Shown piece after piece: positions 58,918-63,961 of a DNA stretch of 63,961 bases; the stretch's first letter is position 1; the number at the start of each line of letters is the position of its first letter. The stretch lies in contig JAILKG010000057.1 in NCBI GenBank assembly GCA_024693915.1, positions 1 through 63,961 of the forward strand, read 5' to 3'. Origin of the DNA: Treponema sp. Its GTDB lineage: Bacteria; Spirochaetota; Spirochaetia; Treponematales; Treponemataceae. The position numbers and the translations under genes were made by a program. The notes under the pieces are model-generated. The model was given only the letters and a program-made list of their open reading frames with translations, made no database searches and was not told where the DNA came from.

Positions 58918-59020
58918 GGGGTTTGGGGGCCATGTGCTCACCTGACTTTATGCCCCCAGGCGAGGGGGGTGTGGCGAAGACACCAGGGTGGCTGAGCCCA
59001 GGGGGGAGACTTACCCCCTC
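58918..59020 (+). repeat. Divergent family B copy B4 in the predicted cysS leader
   Basis: GGGGGC..GCCCCC-AGGCGAGGGGGGT...GGGGGGAGACTTACCCCCTC; the end matches B2's GGAGACTTCCCCCTC. Confidence 0.6.
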
Positions 59021-59125
59021 AAAAATTGCTCTCGCTTTTTTTATAACGAGATTTTTGCAGCGCAAACTCGCTTACTTTGCTATTGAACACCGGGCCGCCA
59101 GCAGCCCTTACACAGGAAGGTTACT

Positions 59126-60685
59126 ATGTCTTTGAAATTGTATAACACAATGGGTCATAAAATGGAAGAATTTAAACCGATTCACCCGGGATTTGCGGGA
59201 TTTTATGGCTGCGGACCTACGGTTTACAATTATGCCCATATCGGAAATTTGCGCGCTTATGTTTTTCTGGATACTCTTGACCGCACCCTGAACTTTTTGG
59301 GCTACGACATTAAGCATGTAATGAACATTACCGACGTTGGTCACCTTACCGGAGACAACGATGACGGCGAAGATAAAATGGTAAAAACTGCAGAAGAACG
59401 CCATCAGTCGGTTCTGGAAATCGCCCAGTTTTATACAGATGCTTTTATGAAGGACATTGACGCCCTGAATATCCGCCATCCGGACGTTATCTGCAAGGCT
59501 ACTGAACACATTCCGGAAATGATTGAACTGATTAAGGAAATCGAAAAAAACGGTCACACTTACATGGCAGGTGGAAACCTTTATTTTGATATTTCCACCT
59601 ATCCTGATTACGGAAAACTTGCAAACCTGAATCTGGACGAACTTAAAGAAGGCGCCGGCAAGCGAAAGGAAGTTGTAATCGACGGAAACAAGAGAAATCC
59701 GGGAGACTTTGTCCTTTGGTTCACAAAATCCAAATTTGAAAATCAGGCAATGACCTGGGACAGTCCATGGGGCCGGGGTTATCCTGGCTGGCACATCGAA
59801 TGTTCTGCAATGAGCATGAAATATCTTGGAAAGCATTTTGATATCCACACTGGCGGAATTGACCATGTACCTGTTCACCATACAAACGAAATTGCCCAGA
59901 GCGAAGGAAGTTTTGACCAGGCTGAAAGAGCAAAGGGTCCATGGGTAAAATACTGGCTTCACAACGAATTTTTGATTCTTGAAGGCGGTAAAATGAGTAA
60001 GTCAAGCGGCCACTTTATCACTTTGCAGACTCCCCTTCCACCTGAAAAGGGATTTTCTTTGAAGGATAAGGGCTTTGAAGCTTTGGATTACAGATTCTTC
60101 CTTATAAGTGGACACTACAGAAAGCAGCTGGTTTTCAGTCTGGAAGCCCTGGAATCTGCTAAAAACGGCCGCGTTTCCCTTCTTCAGAAGATTGCAAAAA
60201 TCGCTGCAAAAGGAAAAATCGATTTGAGCACCTTCCCGGTAAAAGCTTACAAGAAAGGCGAAGCTGATAACAGAAGTGGACTTTCAGAAAAAGCAAATGG
60301 CTATCTGGACGCATTTAAAGCCGGTCTTGAAAACGACCTTTTAACTCCGGTTGCAATGAGCGCCCTTAATAAAGTTATTAAAGACGGCTCGCTTGAAGCA
60401 AATGAGGCTCTGGATTTAATAGAAAGAATGGACAGCGTTCTTGGTCTTAAACTGATTGAAAGCGCCGCCCAGGTTCAGAAAAAAGCTGAAGAAGAGGCAA
60501 AAGCCATGATGCCGGATCATTCCGGTGACCCGGAAGCCGATGAAATCGACGCTCTTGTAAAGGAAAGAACTGATGCAAAGAAAAATAAGGATTTTGCCCG
60601 GGCTGACCAGATAAGGGACGAATTAACAAAGAGGGGAATTACTATTATCGACACTCCTCAGGGGCCAACCTGGAAGAGAAACTAA
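59126..60685 (+). CDS. cysS: Cysteine-tRNA ligase
   Basis: [25 protein letters not shown]. Confidence 0.97.
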   Translation: MSLKLYNTMGHKMEEFKPIHPGFAGFYGCGPTVYNYAHIGNLRAYVFLDTLDRTLNFLGYDIKHVMNITDVGHLTGDNDDGEDKMVKTAEERHQSVLEIAQFYTDAFMKDIDALNIRHPDVICKATEHIPEMIELIKEIEKNGHTYMAGGNLYFDISTYPDYGKLANLNLDELKEGAGKRKEVVIDGNKRNPGDFVLWFTKSKFENQAMTWDSPWGRGYPGWHIECSAMSMKYLGKHFDIHTGGIDHVPVHHTNEIAQSEGSFDQAERAKGPWVKYWLHNEFLILEGGKMSKSSGHFITLQTPLPPEKGFSLKDKGFEALDYRFFLISGHYRKQLVFSLEALESAKNGRVSLLQKIAKIAAKGKIDLSTFPVKAYKKGEADNRSGLSEKANGYLDAFKAGLENDLLTPVAMSALNKVIKDGSLEANEALDLIERMDSVLGLKLIESAAQVQKKAEEEAKAMMPDHSGDPEADEIDALVKERTDAKKNKDFARADQIRDELTKRGITIIDTPQGPTWKRN

Positions 60686-60699
60686 CTGGAATTAAAAGG

Positions 60700-60868
60700 A
60701 ATCAGGCGAATGTTGAGTTTGCTAATATAAATTCAAAACGGGCGTAAGCAGGGTTCCTGTTTGGAAAACACTCAGCCACCGCGAAGCGGTACTGCCGTTT
60801 TCCAAACGGGGTTCCTGCTGAGAGCCTGTTTTGGAGTTAGAACTATAAAACTCATTATTCGGCTGATT
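60700..60868 (+). repeat. Family C full copy C6
   Basis: 37-nt apex identical to C4; stems differ by compensatory changes. Confidence 0.88.
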
Positions 60869-60871
60869 ATT

Positions 60872-60897
60872 TGTAACTATATAAAAGGAGCGTTGTT
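60872..60897 (+). promoter_or_regulatory. Putative ECF-sigma autoregulatory promoter
   Basis: TGTAAC-N17-GTT, 8 nt before the sigma gene ATG. Confidence 0.5.
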
Positions 60898-60905
60898 ATA
60901 GAAAT

Positions 60906-61460
60906 ATGGAAAGTCAGACAGAGCAACTCAGACAATTAAATGCAGCAAACACTGCTGACTTTAACCTTATTTACAGGGAAACGATGCAAATGCTCTATAA
61001 AATCTCTTATCGCATTGTAGGCGATGAAGAAGCAGCAGAAGATCTTTCCCACGACTCTTTAATCAAAGCCAACGAGAAGCAGCTGGTTTTCCCATCCATG
61101 AACGATGCAAAATTCTGGCTAATCCGCGTTGTAAAAAACGCATCCCTGAACTATGTTAAACGCAAGGCAAGGGAAAAAAAGGCTTATGAAAAAGCCCTCT
61201 ACGAGGATTTCAGAAGCGTACCTTCCGGAGAAACCGAGCTTCTTGCAAAAGAGTCTATTAAACTTACTCAGGGAGCTTTAGACAAGCTTCCTCCTAAGTT
61301 AAAGGAAGCCGTTGTTCTTGCAGAATACGGTGACTTGAATTATAAAGAGATTGGTAAGGTGCTTGGAATTTCTGAAGGAAACGTAAAAGTCCGGATTTTT
61401 AGAGCACGCAAGCTGTTAGAAAATATTTTAGGAGCTGAAAATGTATTCTTGCCCGAGTGA
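60906..61460 (+). CDS. ECF (RpoE-like) sigma factor
   Basis: Region 2 (AAEDL...FWLIRVVKN) and region 4 (YKEIGKVLGISEGNVKVRIFRAR). Confidence 0.92.
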   Translation: MESQTEQLRQLNAANTADFNLIYRETMQMLYKISYRIVGDEEAAEDLSHDSLIKANEKQLVFPSMNDAKFWLIRVVKNASLNYVKRKAREKKAYEKALYEDFRSVPSGETELLAKESIKLTQGALDKLPPKLKEAVVLAEYGDLNYKEIGKVLGISEGNVKVRIFRARKLLENILGAENVFLPE

Positions 61461-62088
61461 CGACATCCATTCAATTTACATTGATAACGAACTTCCTCTA
61501 TCATACGTTAAAGAGTATGAGGCACACCTTAAAGTCTGCCCAAAATGTGCAGCTAAGGCAGAAAGTCTTAAAAAGGTTCACTCACTTTTGCAGGAAGATA
61601 AGTCGTCTCTTGAAAAAGACCAGGCATTTTTAGACCAGAGTTATGCCCGCCTGATGACAAAAATGCATTACTCCAAAAATACCCAGCCGGTAAGAAAAAT
61701 CCCTGCCTACTCAATTATGACAGGTCTTGCGGCTGCAGCGGCAGTTCTGGCAGCGGTAATTATTCCGGTAAGAACAACTTCAGCAAAAAATCAGGCAAAG
61801 TCTTCTGTAGTTGCAAACCTTGTTCCTGTAGAAAGGCCTCATACTGCATCATTTTCCAACAAAAATATTGTGTTAAATGGAAATATAAACGATAATCTAG
61901 CACATACAGTTGGTACAGGCACGTTAAAAAATACGTCGCTTGCTGATGTTGATGTGTTCCGCCCGGATTTTCAGGATGCAAATAACGAACTTTCCATTAA
62001 GTTTTCCGTTCCTGGTCTTGAAGCGGAAAGCTCTCAAGTCATGGAAGTGAAAATGCCTGTAAATACAATTACAGGTCTTTTGCCGTGA
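61441..62088 (+). CDS. Zinc-finger (zf-HC2) anti-sigma factor
   Basis: YIDNEL...HLKVCPKC (HxxxCxxC); one TM helix; overlaps the sigma gene. Confidence 0.88.
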   Translation: MYSCPSDDIHSIYIDNELPLSYVKEYEAHLKVCPKCAAKAESLKKVHSLLQEDKSSLEKDQAFLDQSYARLMTKMHYSKNTQPVRKIPAYSIMTGLAAAAAVLAAVIIPVRTTSAKNQAKSSVVANLVPVERPHTASFSNKNIVLNGNINDNLAHTVGTGTLKNTSLADVDVFRPDFQDANNELSIKFSVPGLEAESSQVMEVKMPVNTITGLLP

Positions 62089-63821
62089 ACAAAACATCGT
62101 CTTCAAATTATCTTCTCAGAAAATCACCCTTAATTCGCACCTTGTGCTGGGTGATTTTTGTCGTTGTTTTTATTACCGTTTCAATCATTTTAAGAATTAA
62201 AAGTAAAACCCCTCCGGAAATTTCTGAAGTAAACCCAACAGTAGGCTCTCCGGGAGATCTTATAATCATCACTGGAAAGCACTTTGGAAATGTAAGAGAT
62301 ACCAGCTATGTTGAGTTCGGAGGAAACCGTCTTACTTCAAGCTCCTATATTTCATGGAAGGACGACGAAATTAAAATGATTCTTCCTGCAAATGTGCAGA
62401 ACGGACTTGTAGTTGTAGGCGTAAAAAATTTAAGATCAAAACCGGAATTTTTTGCAAACGCAAACTCTGTTCCTCTCAGCGTTCCTGAAAACGCAAAGCT
62501 TACTGTTCCAATTATCACTGGCGTAACTCCGGAAAAACTTTACCCCGGCGCCCAGGTTACAATTTTTGGAAGCAACTTCGGAAGCAGCAGAAATGACTCT
62601 CTGGTTTATTTTTCTGCAGACAGAGAAGCAGTTAAAAAAGAGGAAGGGGATTTTTCCGACAATTTTGAATACATTGCTGCTGACGAAAATAATTTTGACT
62701 ACGAAAGCTGGTCTGAATCTGAAATTCATTTAAGAGTTCCAGATGGAGCATCCGGCGGAAAAATGTACATTCAGACAGCAAAGGGTAAATCCGCCAGCAG
62801 AACCGTAAAAATCGAGCAGAAAGCGGGCACAAAATCCCTTATTTCTCCAAAAACCTATGTTGTTCAGCTTGCAAGCGATGTTGAAAATTACTCGGGAGAC
62901 AAGGATTCTTCCATAATTCTTAGAGTTCCACGGCCACAAACCAGCGCCTACCAGCCTTCAAGCCAGCTTGTAGAAGCGAATCCGGAACCTATTATTTCTG
63001 ATTTTCAGCACACAATCATTCACCAGATGCAGAACGGAAGAAATTACGCTGCCAGTTCAAATTCAAAAAGGCGCTTTTCCCAGAATTTTGCAATTACCGT
63101 TTATGAAACACGATCCAAGGTGATTGCGGCAAATCTGGAAAGTTCAAAAAACATCAGCGCCTCTATTTATTCAAATTACACGGCTGCTGACCAGATTGTT
63201 CCTGCAAAAAATGAAGAAGTGAAAAAACTTCTGAACAAAATTCTTTCAGATGAAGCAAAAAAACGTAAAGACGGAAAAAGGGAATCAAATCCCTACAATA
63301 TTGCACTTTTGTGCTACAACTACATGATAAGCAACTACAAAATTCTTTCATCTATGCGTTCATCAAATGCCTCGCCTCTGGATATGCTGGACTCAAAAAA
63401 AGGTGACGCCTACGATTTTGCCATCATTTACACAGCCCTGCTCCGTTCAGCTGGTATTCCAAGCCTGCCGATAAGCGGTATCCTTGTAAACCCTGACTTA
63501 AGGACAATGAATCACTGGTGGACAGAAATTTATTTTTCAGGCTTCGGCTGGTTCCCTGTAGATGTAGCCTTAGGCGCAGGCCTTCCATACCAGAGCTGGC
63601 TTAAGGATATAATTCCTTCAATTTTCTATTTTGGAAACCTTGATTCCCAGCACATCATGATAAGCAGGGGCTGGAACGAAATAAAACCAAGTTCTTCTGA
63701 AAACAAAACGGTTTCAAGGCCAAGAAGCTACGCTCTTCAGTCTATCTGGGAGGAAGCTTCAGGCAAAAGTATAAAATACAGCTCCTACTGGGCTGACCCG
63801 GTAGTTGTGGGAGTATACTAA
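62085..63821 (+). CDS. Membrane-anchored protein with two IPT/TIG domains and a transglutaminase-like domain
   Basis: Two PxIxxxxP...GxxFG...SWxxxEI repeats; GDAYDFA...HWWTE...WFPVD. Confidence 0.8.
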   Translation: MNKTSSSNYLLRKSPLIRTLCWVIFVVVFITVSIILRIKSKTPPEISEVNPTVGSPGDLIIITGKHFGNVRDTSYVEFGGNRLTSSSYISWKDDEIKMILPANVQNGLVVVGVKNLRSKPEFFANANSVPLSVPENAKLTVPIITGVTPEKLYPGAQVTIFGSNFGSSRNDSLVYFSADREAVKKEEGDFSDNFEYIAADENNFDYESWSESEIHLRVPDGASGGKMYIQTAKGKSASRTVKIEQKAGTKSLISPKTYVVQLASDVENYSGDKDSSIILRVPRPQTSAYQPSSQLVEANPEPIISDFQHTIIHQMQNGRNYAASSNSKRRFSQNFAITVYETRSKVIAANLESSKNISASIYSNYTAADQIVPAKNEEVKKLLNKILSDEAKKRKDGKRESNPYNIALLCYNYMISNYKILSSMRSSNASPLDMLDSKKGDAYDFAIIYTALLRSAGIPSLPISGILVNPDLRTMNHWWTEIYFSGFGWFPVDVALGAGLPYQSWLKDIIPSIFYFGNLDSQHIMISRGWNEIKPSSSENKTVSRPRSYALQSIWEEASGKSIKYSSYWADPVVVGVY

Positions 63822-63961
63822 GCCTTAATTTCGAGTTTGCTGAAATAAATTTAAAATTGGCGGAAGGGAACGAATCGTGGGGCAAAAATGCTCTGCTTGT
63901 GGATGACGCGAAGCGGCATTTAATAGTTCCCTTGCCACAAGCAGCGCATAGCGCAGTACTG
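63821..63961 (+). repeat. Family C copy C7 (cut by the window edge)
   Basis: Near-identical to C2; begins in the stop codon of the upstream gene. Confidence 0.9.

Noticed and set aside
58984-59000. Possible T-box upstream of cysS (AGGGTGGCTG)
   Set aside because: No UGGNACC antiterminator bulge and no specifier-loop architecture.
60031-60058. 9-aa insertion in CysS (PLPPEKGFS) containing CCCCTTCCAC, like the family A 3' motif
   Set aside because: A 10-nt match without the partner strand; compatible with chance.
56372-60868. CRISPR array interpretation of the repeated 37-mer
   Set aside because: Copies are kilobases apart, with no spacer periodicity and no cas genes.

Overview
A 64-kb chromosomal window from a spirochete, most likely a host-associated Treponema (inferred from the cysS-ECF sigma-anti-sigma order, a PilZN3/PilZ protein, dual-cNMP proteins and spirochete-type lipoproteins). 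It holds about 44 protein-coding genes, mostly housekeeping: fadD, der, ptsI, murB, proS, nfnAB, tex, glmS, nnr, uppP and cysS, plus a TolC/MacAB-type efflux system, a GH13 alpha-amylase, an MCP, an S41 peptidase and a large lipoprotein + beta-barrel pair. I found no rRNA, tRNA, CRISPR array, integrase or transposase. The unexplained signal is in the intergenic DNA. (1) At least four dispersed repeat families (here called A, B, C, E; about 18 copies) keep their fold through compensatory changes while their sequence drifts. Several carry GCGNAGC mini-hairpins and tandem G.A loops, which are known to be stable in single-stranded DNA. They nest inside each other, and family C occurs in 'flip' and 'flop' isomers. 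(2) About 12 genes have a promoter -10 element 7-10 nt before the ATG, predicting leaderless mRNAs; these include one sigma28 and one ECF-type promoter. (3) Two terminator loops contain 14-bp IS3-like scars with 3-bp duplications. (4) The last 10 codons of tex are repeated downstream with only synonymous changes. All calls come from reading the sequence and motifs by eye; no searches or folding programs were run.
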